The notes: a model not told the origin generated them from the letters alone. Positions 47,845 to 58,240 are shown, numbered from the stretch's first letter. The stretch: DNA of 64,000 nt from Verrucomicrobiota bacterium (GCA_049510745.1 JBEKYR010000004.1:64001-128000); one strand, 5' to 3'. A program made the numbers and translations.

Positions 47845-48806
47845 GGCGAGGGGACGGAATTTGTCTCCTCCGATTTGTCCCGGGCTTTTTCCGCGGCGCC
47901 GGCTTTAATCAAATCCACGGCGTCCGCCTCCGGCATGGTCAAAGTCGCGATCACATTGACGCCATCTTGCCTTACGGAGACGGAGTTGGCCAGTTTCAAA
48001 GCGCCCGGATTCCCCTGCTGAAGTTTTCCCAGCGCGATGAGTCCCTGGGCGATGGCGGAAATCTGAGTGGCCGTGTCGGCATCGTTCGCTTCGAAACTGA
48101 CGGTGGCGCGAAGCTGGTCCTTGGCTTCGCCGACCTGGAAGCGCACCATTTTGGACATTTTCAACATGGCGGAATTCGGGTCTTTGCTGGCGAAATCGAA
48201 TTTGCTGACCATTCCCTGGAGAAAGGTCCCCGCGCCCGCCGCGCCCAATTCGGGCTGCGTTTTGCCGCCGGCCAGACTGGGCGCCTTGCCGTCCAGCACG
48301 TCCAACGCCCCCGCCACGGTTGATTCACTCTGGCCGAAGATAACACGGTTTCCCTGGATGGCGGCATAAAAGAGGCCCTTGTCCCCCCGCTCCGCTTTTT
48401 TCTTCTCGTCAATCCACGAGTGGATGAGGCGCGAGCCGTTGGTGATGCAGTGATAATCCGACGCCGCTTTGGCCAGAGTGATCAGGCGATTGGACTCGAA
48501 GTCGGCATAAAACAAGAGCACGCCATTCTGCGGTGTCTGGCCGGCGCTGTAGAAGGTCAGGCCGTGCAACTGCGTGCGCGGGTCGAAACTGAAGATCGCC
48601 TGGAACGCCGCCAGCTTGCCGGCCACCGCCGGCGCGTCCAATTGGGCCAGAATGGCCTTGCCAATGGCGGTGGCGCGCAAGCCGTCGCAATCGAAGTGAG
48701 CCACCACGGCGGGGCCTGCCGCCACATCAGCGCGCTGGAGCGGCGCGCTCCAACCCGTCCCACAGCCAAGGACAACGCCTGCCATCAAAAGAATTTGTTT
48801 CATCAT
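47841..48806 (-). CDS. Hypothetical exported protein, first gene of the ECF operon
   Basis: Signal peptide; stop overlaps the sigma gene start region. Confidence 0.75.
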   Translation of the reverse strand: MMKQILLMAGVVLGCGTGWSAPLQRADVAAGPAVVAHFDCDGLRATAIGKAILAQLDAPAVAGKLAAFQAIFSFDPRTQLHGLTFYSAGQTPQNGVLLFYADFESNRLITLAKAASDYHCITNGSRLIHSWIDEKKKAERGDKGLFYAAIQGNRVIFGQSESTVAGALDVLDGKAPSLAGGKTQPELGAAGAGTFLQGMVSKFDFASKDPNSAMLKMSKMVRFQVGEAKDQLRATVSFEANDADTATQISAIAQGLIALGKLQQGNPGALKLANSVSVRQDGVNVIATLTMPEADAVDLIKAGAAEKARDKSEETNSVPSP

Positions 48807-48816
48807 ATAATAGGGA

Positions 48817-48843
48817 TACGCGCCAGGGCGCCGTTTGGTTACA
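48817..48843 (-). promoter_or_regulatory. ECF-type promoter (probable autoregulation)
   Basis: TGTAAC-17 bp-CGTA on the minus strand, 10 nt upstream of the 48806 ATG. Confidence 0.55.
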
Positions 48844-48853
48844 CATTTCGGTT

Positions 48854-48910
48854 TTGGGATTGCTCATTGACCCGGTCCTTTACATTCTGTGGCGCAAACA
48901 TCATTTGCCG
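48854..48910 (+). pseudogene. 3'-terminal relic resembling a CusA/CzcA RND pump
   Basis: LGLLIDPVLYILWRKHHLP resembles the last TM helix and tail of heavy-metal RND pumps; lies directly before a YtkA/FixH-like gene. Confidence 0.45.
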
Positions 48911-48911
48911 C

Positions 48912-49397
48912 GTGGCGGACAAAGCACCAACTCCCAAGGCCGGTTCCAGCGTGCGGACGCTGTTGCAGGCGTTTTACGCGCTGCCCATTGTGTGCGTGCT
49001 GGGCATCTTCGGCTATCTGGCCTACTCCCGCCTGACCCACCAGGCCCCGCCGGTCCGCCAGATTTCCGCCAAGCCGTTCGCCACCGTCGCCCTCAACGGG
49101 CTGACCGCCAACCTCTTCACCCAGGGCGACACCCTGCGGGCCTCGGGCAACGATCTTTTCCTCGAATTCCGCGACCCGGCGGGAAAGCTGGTCGATGTGG
49201 GCGACGTCTCGCTGGAACTGGGCCTGAAAATGCCCGACGTGGTCATACACAGCATCGGCAAGGTGTTGCGCACCGCCACGCCCGGCCAATATCGAACCAC
49301 ACTCGAACCGCAAATGGCGGGCGATTGGACGGCCCAAATCACCTTCACCGGCCCCAAAGGCCAAGGCCAGGCCAGCCTGCCGGTAAAGGTGAAGTGA
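48912..49397 (+). CDS. YtkA/FixH-like membrane-anchored protein
   Basis: One TM helix; GNDLFLEFRDPAGKLVDVG...MP...GQYR...MAGDW; GTG start inferred. Confidence 0.7.
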   Translation: MADKAPTPKAGSSVRTLLQAFYALPIVCVLGIFGYLAYSRLTHQAPPVRQISAKPFATVALNGLTANLFTQGDTLRASGNDLFLEFRDPAGKLVDVGDVSLELGLKMPDVVIHSIGKVLRTATPGQYRTTLEPQMAGDWTAQITFTGPKGQGQASLPVKVK

Positions 49398-49499
49398 CAC
49401 AGGGCAAGTATGAAGTCAGAAGGATGAAGGAAGAAGTCCGGTTCCGATGGGCGCAGGCGGGACGTAGGTGGCCTGAATTGCGCAGCACGTTGATAATCG

Positions 49500-49669
49500 G
49501 ACCAACGATGGGTTCGCCGTCTTCGGGGATTGGGTGCTGACGTTTTCCTTTGGCGGGCATGAAAAATAAAAAAGTACTCCGTTTCGCTCCGTTTTACTCC
49601 GTTTCAGTCCGTCTTGCTCCGTTTTGGCCTCAAACCGATGGAGAACGGATCAGACCAACGATGGGTTCG
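49500..49669. repeat. 17-bp direct repeats flanking a 10-mer tandem array
   Basis: GACCAACGATGGGTTCG at 49500-49516 and 49653-49669; CTCCGTTT-like unit x5 at about 49576-49626. Confidence 0.7.
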
Positions 49670-50074
49670 TTCGGCCTCTCGCCGCAACCCCGTCTCAAAT
49701 CCCGTCATAGCCCCGGGGCTTTTCCTGCGGCGAGGGACAGGAGGTTTCCCGGCGACCGCGCTTCATGTCAAAGAGCGAGTCCTCGCACGCTGCGAATATG
49801 ACACAGTGTGGAGCTTTTGCAAGCTTTTTTGTAACTTTTAAATCCCCGCGAGTGCAGGACAAATTTCTTCGTCTTGTGCCGATCTGGGAATGAGGCGTTT
49901 CCGCCGCGTAGAAACGCTCCGAGCGGGAATGCTCACGCAGGCGCAAAGGGCGCAGCGCGGCAGCCGCAACCCAATTTTCACCACGAAGGGGCGCACTTCC
50001 ACCATCACCCAGCATTTGTCCGGGTTGTGCTGGTTCCTGGTTGGGTTGGCCGGCGATAAAGTGGGTGTGGGGGA

Positions 50075-51355
50075 TCATTCGAGAACGCCGCGGCTGCTGG
50101 CGGGAGTCGGGACGGGGCGAACGGCAAACCACAACAGAGCCGCCACGATGGACAGGCCGGCGGCCACGTGCAGGGCGTTTTCCCAGCCGATCTGCCTGGC
50201 CAGGATGGGCGTCAGGGCGGGTGAGATCAATCCGCCAAGATTGCTGCCCATGTTCATGATGCCACCGGCCGTGCCGCTGCGGCGTCCGGCAATGTTCATC
50301 ATGGCCGTCCAGAAGGGACCTTCCACGCACAAGACAAACGCGGTCGCAAAGGCGAGGGAAATGGCCGCAATGATGGCGCTGCCGGTGTGTGCCCCGATGG
50401 AGATCAGGATGCCGGACATGGTCATGCCAAAAATCGGCACGGCCCGGCGGCCCCAAACCTGCCCGAGCCGTCCGGCGGCAAGGCGGTCGGAAATGAATCC
50501 CCCGAGTGGAATCGAAATGATGGAAAGAATCCACGGCAGGCTGCTCATCCAGGCGGCTTTCAACAAATCGAAGTTCCGTTCCTGGACCAGGTAGAGATAG
50601 AACCAGCTCACAAAGATGTAACCGACGTAGCCCTGAAGGGTGTAGCTGAGGGTGAGAAAAATGAATCCAGGTTGGAAGAGGCGCGAGGATCCGGCTGGAG
50701 ATGCGGGCGCGGGTGCCGGCGTGTCGCCGGGTGCCGCAGGGGTTTGCGGGATGCTGGCGGTCCCAGGAGGGGCGGTGATGCGCTGCCAGACGATGGCCAT
50801 GATCAGGGCGGGAAGTGCGGAGACGATCAAGGCCGTGCGCCAGCCAAAATGCACCATGACATGGGACACCAGCGGCGGCGCGATTGCCGAACCGACACCA
50901 ATTGCGCCGATGACAATGCCGTTGGCCCGGCCCTGGAGGGGCGGCGCCACCCAGCGTGATACGCCTTGTGCCGCGCCGGGAAAAGTCGGCGCCTCGGCAA
51001 TTCCAAGCGCCATCCGGCAGGCCATGAAAACCATCAACGTGGTTCCGGCGGTGGTTTGGAACGGACCACAGCCGACAATGGTTTGCAGCACGGTCAAGCC
51101 CACCCAGAGCCACGCCGCCACGGCCAGCACGCGGCGCGCGCCCCAGCGGTCTGCCAGCGCCCCGGCCGGAATCTGGAACAGCGCGTAACCGAGCAGGAAC
51201 GCGCTGAAGACCCGCCCCATCCGCACCTGGTCCAGGTTGAATTCCTTCATCAACAACGGCGCGGCGGTGGAGACGTTGACGCGGCAGATGTAGCTCGCGG
51301 TGGCGGTGGCCGAGAGAATCAGGACCAGGGTCCATGTTTTGGCGCCGGGTTTCAT
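50075..51355 (-). CDS. MFS transporter (ACS/hexuronate-like)
   Basis: SYICRVNVS, GALADRWGARR, GIAEAPTFP, about 12 TM helices. Confidence 0.9.
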   Translation of the reverse strand: MKPGAKTWTLVLILSATATASYICRVNVSTAAPLLMKEFNLDQVRMGRVFSAFLLGYALFQIPAGALADRWGARRVLAVAAWLWVGLTVLQTIVGCGPFQTTAGTTLMVFMACRMALGIAEAPTFPGAAQGVSRWVAPPLQGRANGIVIGAIGVGSAIAPPLVSHVMVHFGWRTALIVSALPALIMAIVWQRITAPPGTASIPQTPAAPGDTPAPAPASPAGSSRLFQPGFIFLTLSYTLQGYVGYIFVSWFYLYLVQERNFDLLKAAWMSSLPWILSIISIPLGGFISDRLAAGRLGQVWGRRAVPIFGMTMSGILISIGAHTGSAIIAAISLAFATAFVLCVEGPFWTAMMNIAGRRSGTAGGIMNMGSNLGGLISPALTPILARQIGWENALHVAAGLSIVAALLWFAVRPVPTPASSRGVLE

Positions 51356-51828
51356 GCCAGCCGTTTATGCATCAGCACCTCGGCGGCGCCAGGGATGATA
51401 TAGTCGTCGAACTGGCCAACCTGCTTGTAGCCCAGACGTTCGTAGAACGCGCGCGCCCGCGGGTTGAAAGAAGAAACACAGAGGAACATGTGCCGGGCCT
51501 TGGGCCGGAAGTAATTCTCGGCGAACTCCAGCAACTTCGCGCCGACTCCGCGGCTGCGCTGCCCCGGAGCTGTCGCAATCCACTTGACGTAAGGACTCCC
51601 GGCGACGCCCCGTTGCTGCAGCACCACGACCCCGCACCGCTCGCCCTCGCATCGCGCCACAAAAATCAGATAGGCTGCATCCTGGCAGACCTCGCGGCAT
51701 TGCGCCAGGGTGGTGCCGAGATGGCGCCACGGGTCTGTTTCGGCAAACAGGCGCACTGCCCAATCGCGGTCGGCATCAGTTATTGGCGAGATGTCCACAT
51801 ACATTTCATCCCGGTTCATCCGCCCCAT
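51352..51828 (-). CDS. GNAT acetyltransferase
   Basis: QRSRGVGAKLL acetyl-CoA motif, NPRARAFYERLGY; start may be 51804. Confidence 0.85.
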   Translation of the reverse strand: MGRMNRDEMYVDISPITDADRDWAVRLFAETDPWRHLGTTLAQCREVCQDAAYLIFVARCEGERCGVVVLQQRGVAGSPYVKWIATAPGQRSRGVGAKLLEFAENYFRPKARHMFLCVSSFNPRARAFYERLGYKQVGQFDDYIIPGAAEVLMHKRLA

Positions 51829-51986
51829 TCAATCTGTTGCCAGTCCAATGTCAATCACGGGGCCAAGCTCAATGCCTGTTCACTGATGATGCCTGTGGCC
51901 TCCGCTCGTTGTCTGGAGCATCACTTGCGAACGTGCAACCCTGAAAAGACGGTGGTCATCATGCACCACGCTCCGAGTGGGAATAC

Positions 51987-52062
51987 TCGCGCAGAGGCGC
52001 AAAGAGCGCAGAGAGGGAGGAAGAAAACAGTTTTTCTCTGCGCGCTCTGCGGCTCTGCGCGA
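51987..52062. repeat. Inverted-repeat element built from CGCAGAG units
   Basis: TCGCGCAGAGGCGCAAAGAGCGCAGAGA ... TCTCTGCGCGCTCTGCGGCTCTGCGCGA. Confidence 0.7.
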
Positions 52063-52337
52063 AAAGGCCGGTTTCCTCTATTAGGTTGGCCGTCCAAGGG
52101 GGAATATATTTGGACCGCATATACCATTCTGCCGAAACCCGATGATTTCGGCCAAGCGAAGTTTTTTGTCGTGCGCCCGTAGGGCGGGTGGAGGACGGCG
52201 CCGCCCCGTCTTAAATACGAATTTCATTCCGAATTCCGGACTTGCCCCCTCTGAGGGGGGTATGACCAGCTTGCACCTTAGCCCTATACGCCATGATTTC
52301 ATAGCCTCCCAAGAGCGCTTCTGGCATGATGGGGGGT

Positions 52338-53657
52338 ATGAAATGCGCTGGTTGTGGAATTGAATCCAAGAACGAGAAGTTTTTTCACACCGTGCGGCGG
52401 ACCTTCACTTCCAAAGCCCGATCACTTTGCCCTGCATGTTTCCTTGATAAAGATGACGCGGTCCTCAAAACCATGTTCTGGTCGTTTTCCGGTTTGGGTC
52501 TGGTTGGTCTCTTATTGGTTTTCGCCTTTCCGCGCCTGGTTGTGGGGATATGGCTGCTCAATATCGGCGTTGTGTTGGGAGTCGTCTTGGCGAGCACGGT
52601 TCTGCACGAAATGGGACATGCTGCCGCAGGGACGCTGGCCGGTCATCGAATGTTCAGCATTGAAATCGGAAAAGGGGCGACGGTTTTGGAATTCAAATGG
52701 CTTGGTGTGCGCTGGCGATTTCGGACCATTCTTTTTGGCGGAATCGTTCGGGCTCTGCCAAAGCGCCGTAACTGCTACCGGGTCAAGCAGTCCCTATTCA
52801 TTCTCGGAGGCCCGGTGGCGACTGTGCTCCTGGCATTAATCGCCTGGAAGTTTCTTTGGGTGGATAAACTTCTGGAGCCAAGCCCAATCGCCGGCTTCGG
52901 ACCAATGGGAATTATCCTGTTGTCCAATTCTCTGCTGTTGGCCTTCAGTCTGTGGCCGCATCGAGGTATCTCCGCGCACGGCAAGATTCCGAATGACGCT
53001 CTGCTTTTGTGGCAAACTTGGCGGCAGGACCGCGCAAAAATTGCGGCCACATTTTCCTACTCCTATCTTTTCGAGGCGGACGAATGCTGTCGCGATCGAA
53101 AATTCACGGATGCCCAAAAGTGGCTTGGCGAGGGGTTGTGCGCGTTTCCCGGCAACCATTTGCTGGCATTCAGCGCAGCCACGACCCTCATTTTTGAGAA
53201 CAAACTGGATGAGGCCCGGAACGCGCTGCGAGCCTTGCTGACTGAGCTTGCAGACGACCCCAATCTCTTTCCCCTTCTGCTTAACAACATTGCCTACGTG
53301 GACGCGTTGTTGGGCCGACCTGAGTTGTTGCCGGAAGCTGACGATTTTTCCCGTCGGGCGCTCGAAAGTGCGCCGTGGACGGTTTACTTCAAGGGCACGC
53401 GTGGCATTGTCCTCGTCGAATTGGGGCGATTCGAGGAGGGCGTTGCTCTGCTGGAGGACGCACTGCGGAAACATCCTGAAAAGTGGGGTAAAGCCATCAA
53501 CGCATGCTACCTGGGAATTGCCGCAACTCGGCGCGGTTACCCATCCGAATGTCTCAGTTACTTTGCGATGGCCCGCAGGTTGGACCCGCACTGTCCTCTT
53601 TTGGATCGCGAGAAGAAACCTCCATCGAATGCTCTGTCCCCATCAACCGGCGGATGA
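52338..53657 (+). CDS. M50-like membrane metallopeptidase with N-terminal Cys pairs and C-terminal TPRs
   Basis: CAGC...CPAC; LHEMGH; LGGP; PNDA; TPR helices. Confidence 0.8.
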   Translation: MKCAGCGIESKNEKFFHTVRRTFTSKARSLCPACFLDKDDAVLKTMFWSFSGLGLVGLLLVFAFPRLVVGIWLLNIGVVLGVVLASTVLHEMGHAAAGTLAGHRMFSIEIGKGATVLEFKWLGVRWRFRTILFGGIVRALPKRRNCYRVKQSLFILGGPVATVLLALIAWKFLWVDKLLEPSPIAGFGPMGIILLSNSLLLAFSLWPHRGISAHGKIPNDALLLWQTWRQDRAKIAATFSYSYLFEADECCRDRKFTDAQKWLGEGLCAFPGNHLLAFSAATTLIFENKLDEARNALRALLTELADDPNLFPLLLNNIAYVDALLGRPELLPEADDFSRRALESAPWTVYFKGTRGIVLVELGRFEEGVALLEDALRKHPEKWGKAINACYLGIAATRRGYPSECLSYFAMARRLDPHCPLLDREKKPPSNALSPSTGG

Positions 53658-53966
53658 CCGCAAAGTTGAGTTTCGGGCCGGCAGGACTATCATCCCGGCC
53701 ATAGGGGTCATATCGAAACATTCCCGTTTTCTGTCGCAAACAAATTAAACTGCAGAAAGTTTGGATGTGATTCCAAACTTAAAACTCCTCACTCCAACCT
53801 CCTTCGGCCGCTCCTCCAACGCTTCCATACACTTTCGCCGCCGCGCCAGACACCGGCAAGTCCCGCGCCGCCGATGCCGGCCGACTGACGGTTTGTCACC
53901 GAATCTTTACACAGCGGCCGCGCCTTTGGCTTGATTCCACCGCGTAGCGTTGGGAATAGTCAGACG

Positions 53967-55529
53967 ATGCGATTGGTTAAACATTTGCTTGCGGTCTTGG
54001 GTTTGATTTTTCTTTGCCAGACGGCTTCGGCGGCGGGCAAGGCTTCGCATGTCGTTCTGATGGTCTGGGATGGCATGCGCCCGGATTTCGTCACTGAGGA
54101 GAATACGCCCGCCCTGTTTGCAGCGGCGCGGGAGGGCGTCACGTTTCTGCATCATCATCCCGTTTATCCCAGCTCGACGGAGGTCAATGGCGCGGCCCTC
54201 GCCACCGGGGTTTATCCCGGCCAGAACACGATCGTGGCCAATGACGAGTTTCGGCCCGCCATCGATCCGCTCGAACCCATAGGAACCCAGGCCCTCGCTT
54301 CCGTGCGCAAAGGGGATGAACTGGGCGCGAATCATTACCTCGCCTTCCCAACCGTCGCGGAGATTTTGCATGACAACGGCTTGCGCACCGCCGTCGCCGG
54401 CTCCAAGGCGGTGGCGCTGCTGCACGACCGCGCCCCCCGCGCGGAGGGCGCGCCGGGCGTCACGTTGTTCGCCGGGAAGACGCTGCCGGAGTCATGGGAA
54501 AGCAAACTGACCGCCGCCCTGGGCCGGTTCCCCGCCGCCGGCTCCACGAAAATGCTACTTGACAATTGGACGATCCAAGCCCTGACCGGGCCGCTCTGGC
54601 GCGACGGCGTGCCCGCCTTCTCGCTCCTCTGGCTGGCTGAACCGGATTATTCGCAGCACAAGGACGGCCCCGGCGCGCCCAATCCCCTCAAGGCCATAAA
54701 AAACGCCGACGATTGCCTGGCCCGCGTCCTCCAAGCCCTCAAAGAAAAGAACGCGCTCGATTCGACCGACGTGATCGTCGTTTCCGACCATGGGTTTTCG
54801 ACCGTGCAGCAGGTCGTCGATGTCGGCGCAGTGTTGAAAAAGAGCGGTTTCCACGTGTTCCACAAGTTTCCCGCCGCCGGACCCAGCCCCGGCGACGTGC
54901 TGGTGGTGAGCGACGGCGGGGTGGTTCTTTGTTACGTCACAGGCCATGACGAACAGCAGATCGAGCAGGCGGTCCACTGCCTCCAGGCCCAACCCTGGAC
55001 CGGCGTCATCTTTTGCCGGGCGCCCGTCGCCGGGACGTTTCCGCTGGCCGAGGCCCATTTGGATTCGCCTTACGCGGCCGACATCGTGGTGGTCCTGCGC
55101 TGGACACTGGACAAGAGCGACTACGGCGTGCCCGGAATGATTTATTGCGACCGCGCGTATGACATCCCCAACAAAGGTTCGCACTCGACGCTCTGCCCGA
55201 CGGAAATGCACAACACCGGCATCGCCTTCGGCCCCGATTTTGCGCGCGGCCTACGCGATACCCTGCCGACCGGGAACATCGACATTGCGCCGACGATTCT
55301 GTGGATCCTGGGCGTCACGCCCAAGCAACCAATGTCCGGCCGCGTGCTGGTCGAAGCCCTGGCCACCGCGGGACCCGCGCCGGTTTCCACCGCTCCGCGC
55401 CATCAGGAGGCGTCGTGGAAAGGGGACGGTTTTGTCTGGCGCCAGTATTTGGACACTTCGGTGGTCAACGGCGTCACTTACCTCGACGAGGGCAACGGCA
55501 GTCAGGCGGCGATTCCGCAACCGCCCTGA
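53967..55529 (+). CDS. Secreted alkaline phosphatase superfamily protein (nucleotide pyrophosphatase/phosphodiesterase-like)
   Basis: VWDGMRPD, PSSTEVN, EPDYSQH, VSDHGFS, DIAPTIL. Confidence 0.88.
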   Translation: MRLVKHLLAVLGLIFLCQTASAAGKASHVVLMVWDGMRPDFVTEENTPALFAAAREGVTFLHHHPVYPSSTEVNGAALATGVYPGQNTIVANDEFRPAIDPLEPIGTQALASVRKGDELGANHYLAFPTVAEILHDNGLRTAVAGSKAVALLHDRAPRAEGAPGVTLFAGKTLPESWESKLTAALGRFPAAGSTKMLLDNWTIQALTGPLWRDGVPAFSLLWLAEPDYSQHKDGPGAPNPLKAIKNADDCLARVLQALKEKNALDSTDVIVVSDHGFSTVQQVVDVGAVLKKSGFHVFHKFPAAGPSPGDVLVVSDGGVVLCYVTGHDEQQIEQAVHCLQAQPWTGVIFCRAPVAGTFPLAEAHLDSPYAADIVVVLRWTLDKSDYGVPGMIYCDRAYDIPNKGSHSTLCPTEMHNTGIAFGPDFARGLRDTLPTGNIDIAPTILWILGVTPKQPMSGRVLVEALATAGPAPVSTAPRHQEASWKGDGFVWRQYLDTSVVNGVTYLDEGNGSQAAIPQPP

Positions 55530-55601
55530 GCCGCCGACATCCATCCGCTTCCGCTGGTCATCGTAATCGTAATCCCCCTCTTCCCCTTCCCCCACCCCGC
55601 C

Positions 55602-55714
55602 CTCGCCTAACGCGGCCTCACCGCCGAGCGATGATCTATACAATTTGGATAGGAGAGCGAAGAAGCGGTCGGCGGGGGCGCGTGCGTTCCCCGGGATGCA
55701 CTGCAACGGTTCTT
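55602..55714 (-). repeat. Dispersed palindrome-rich repeat, copy 2 (shorter internally)
   Basis: Reverse complement matches 22856-22990 with an internal ~21-nt deletion. Confidence 0.8.
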
Positions 55715-55776
55715 AGGATTTGGGTCCCTCGAAGTCGCTTGCTCGTCGTGCGGGCTTGCGCTAATCTGGCTTCGAT

Positions 55777-56958
55777 ATGGATGACCGACCGCCAGTTCCA
55801 GAAGCCGTCCACGCGCTGCCCGCAGGCCCGCCGCCGCCGATAGCGCCGCCCCCCATCATTACGGCGCCGCCGCCGCCGCCGCGCGGACGGGGCAAGGCGG
55901 TCTGGAAGGCGTTGGCCATGCTTTTCATCGTGCTGTTCGTCTTGAGCCTGCTCAGCAACGCGCTGAGCTTCTCTCATGGCCTGTTCTCCCACAGCCGGGT
56001 GGTGTCTGACCGCTCCCGCGCTTTGGAAGAGATCGTTCTCGAACGTACAAATTCCAACAACAAAATCGCGGTCATTGAAGTCGAAGGCGTCATCAGCAGC
56101 GGCGAGGTGGACCGGACGGACATGAACATGGTCGATTACATCAAGGAACAGTTGAAGATGGCCGAACACGACAGCGACGTGAAGGCGGTCATTCTCAAAG
56201 TCAATTCCCCCGGGGGCGAAGTCCTGGCCTCCGATGAAATCAATCAAGCCCTGGCCAAGTTCCAGGAGCGCTCGCACAAGCCGGCGATTGCGTCCATGCA
56301 AACCCTGGCGGCGTCGGGCGGCTATTACATTTCGGCCCCCTGCCGCTGGATCGTGGCCGACGAATTGACCCTCACCGGCAGCATCGGCGTCATCATGCAT
56401 GGTTACAATTACCGCCAGTTGATGAACAAAATCGGCATCCGCCCCCAGGTCTTCAAGAGCGGGCGTTTCAAAGACATGCTCAACGGCGAACGGGAACCGG
56501 ACGACGAGAAACTTTCCCCCGAGGAGCGCAAGACCCGCGACGAGGAAGACCGCATGGTGCAGTCGTTAATCGACCAGACCTATGACAAATTCAAAGAGGT
56601 CGTCAAAACCGGCCGCGAACACGCCGCCAAGGAAAACAACGGCAAGGGCAAAACCCTGGTGGACGATTGGCAGGACTACGCCGACGGCCGCATCTTCTCC
56701 GGCAAACAGGCCCTCGCCTTTGGCTTCGTCGATGAGCTGGGCGATTTCGAGACCGCGGTCAAACGCGCCCAAATCCTGGCCAATGTCCCCAGCGCCAGCC
56801 TGGTGGAATACCGCATGCCCTTTGATTTCGGCTCGGTCCTCGCCCATATTTTCGGCAAGACCGAGGCGCCGGCGATCAAAGTGGATTTGGGCGTGGAATT
56901 GCCCCGCCTGGAAGCGGGCCGCCTCTATTTTATCGCCCCAATGACGGTTTTGCACTGA
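55777..56958 (+). CDS. sppA: Signal peptide peptidase A (S49)
   Basis: VILKVNSPGG, AASGGYYIS, TGSIGVI, KSGRFKD, ADGRIFSG. Confidence 0.92.
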   Translation: MDDRPPVPEAVHALPAGPPPPIAPPPIITAPPPPPRGRGKAVWKALAMLFIVLFVLSLLSNALSFSHGLFSHSRVVSDRSRALEEIVLERTNSNNKIAVIEVEGVISSGEVDRTDMNMVDYIKEQLKMAEHDSDVKAVILKVNSPGGEVLASDEINQALAKFQERSHKPAIASMQTLAASGGYYISAPCRWIVADELTLTGSIGVIMHGYNYRQLMNKIGIRPQVFKSGRFKDMLNGEREPDDEKLSPEERKTRDEEDRMVQSLIDQTYDKFKEVVKTGREHAAKENNGKGKTLVDDWQDYADGRIFSGKQALAFGFVDELGDFETAVKRAQILANVPSASLVEYRMPFDFGSVLAHIFGKTEAPAIKVDLGVELPRLEAGRLYFIAPMTVLH

Positions 56959-57109
56959 GGGCGCCGCGGCCATCGGCGCCCCGGACGCGCGGCAGCGCGT
57001 CGCTACCGGAGCGCGATCGTTGGAATCCTGTTGCATCCGCGCCCGGAAATTGTTTTGATCGGGCCAGGCCGAAACACCAACGAGAAGCGCCGAAGCCTTC
57101 GCCGAGATA

Positions 57110-58240
57110 ATGAACGATTCTGACAACCTTTTGATCGTCGCGGACAGCGAGCGCGACGCCGACATGCTTTATGCCGCCGGCCTGTTCGTGCCCGACCCTT
57201 TTATCTACTTTCGCCTCGACGCCAAAAGCCACATCGTGCTCAACGACGTGGAAATCGGCCGGGCGCGGCGGAAAGCGCGGCATTGCCGGATCATCTCCTA
57301 TAATCAGTGCCTCGATAAACTGGACCGCAAGATCAAGCGTCCGGGGATGGCCGCGGTGATCAACCTCCTTTTTCGCGAACGGCGCCTGCGCAAGGTTTTC
57401 GTTCCGGCCAATTTTCCGCACGGCCTGGCCCGCGAGTTGCGCAATTACAAGATCAAGGTGCGAGTCAAGAAAGACGGCGTCTTTCCCCAGCGCGAATTCA
57501 AGCGGGCCGACGAAATCAAAAAGATCAGCGGCGCCCTGATCATGGCCGAGGTGGGCCTGTCCGAGGGAATCCAAGCCCTCAAAACGGCCAAAATCGGGCG
57601 CGACGGCAAATTAAACTACCACGGCGTGCCGCTGACCTCGGAAAAACTGCGCGCCATCATTGATATTGCCATCCTCCAGGCGGGCGGCCTGGCCACTCAC
57701 ACCATCGTCGCCGGCGGGGCGCAGGCGTGCGACCCTCACGAGCCGGGCCACGGCCCGTTGCGCGCCAACGAGCCGATTATCCTGGACGTTTTCCCCCGCT
57801 CCCAGAAAACCGGTTATTTTGGCGACATCGCCCGCACCGTTGTGCGCGGCCGGGCCAGCGACGCCGTGCGCGGCCTCTACGAGACCGTCTCCCACGCCCA
57901 GGAGGTCGCCTTCGCCAAACTGCGCCCGAAAACGCGCGCCATCGACGTTCACACCGCCGTCCAGAAGTATTTCGACGCCCAAGGTTACAAGACCGGGAAA
58001 AAGGACAGGCGAATGCACGGCTTTTTCCACGGCACCGGCCACGGCCTGGGCCTGGACGTGCATGAAGCTCCGCGCATCGGCCCGCGAACCCAGGACATGC
58101 TGGCCGCCGGCCAAGTGGTGACGGTCGAGCCAGGCTTGTACTATCCAGGCATCGGCGGCGTGCGCCTGGAAGACGTGGCCGTCCTCACCCCGCAAGGCGC
58201 GCGGAACCTGACCAAATTCGAGAAGACGCTGGAGATTTGA
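57110..58240 (+). CDS. Xaa-Pro peptidase (M24)
   Basis: DVFP...GYFGDIART, HGTGHGLGLDVHEAP, TVEPGLY, GVRLED. Confidence 0.92.
   Translation: MNDSDNLLIVADSERDADMLYAAGLFVPDPFIYFRLDAKSHIVLNDVEIGRARRKARHCRIISYNQCLDKLDRKIKRPGMAAVINLLFRERRLRKVFVPANFPHGLARELRNYKIKVRVKKDGVFPQREFKRADEIKKISGALIMAEVGLSEGIQALKTAKIGRDGKLNYHGVPLTSEKLRAIIDIAILQAGGLATHTIVAGGAQACDPHEPGHGPLRANEPIILDVFPRSQKTGYFGDIARTVVRGRASDAVRGLYETVSHAQEVAFAKLRPKTRAIDVHTAVQKYFDAQGYKTGKKDRRMHGFFHGTGHGLGLDVHEAPRIGPRTQDMLAAGQVVTVEPGLYYPGIGGVRLEDVAVLTPQGARNLTKFEKTLEI

Noticed and set aside
53700..53930. Possible minus-strand gene relic between the M50 and phosphatase genes
   Set aside because: No reading frame gave a recognisable protein motif
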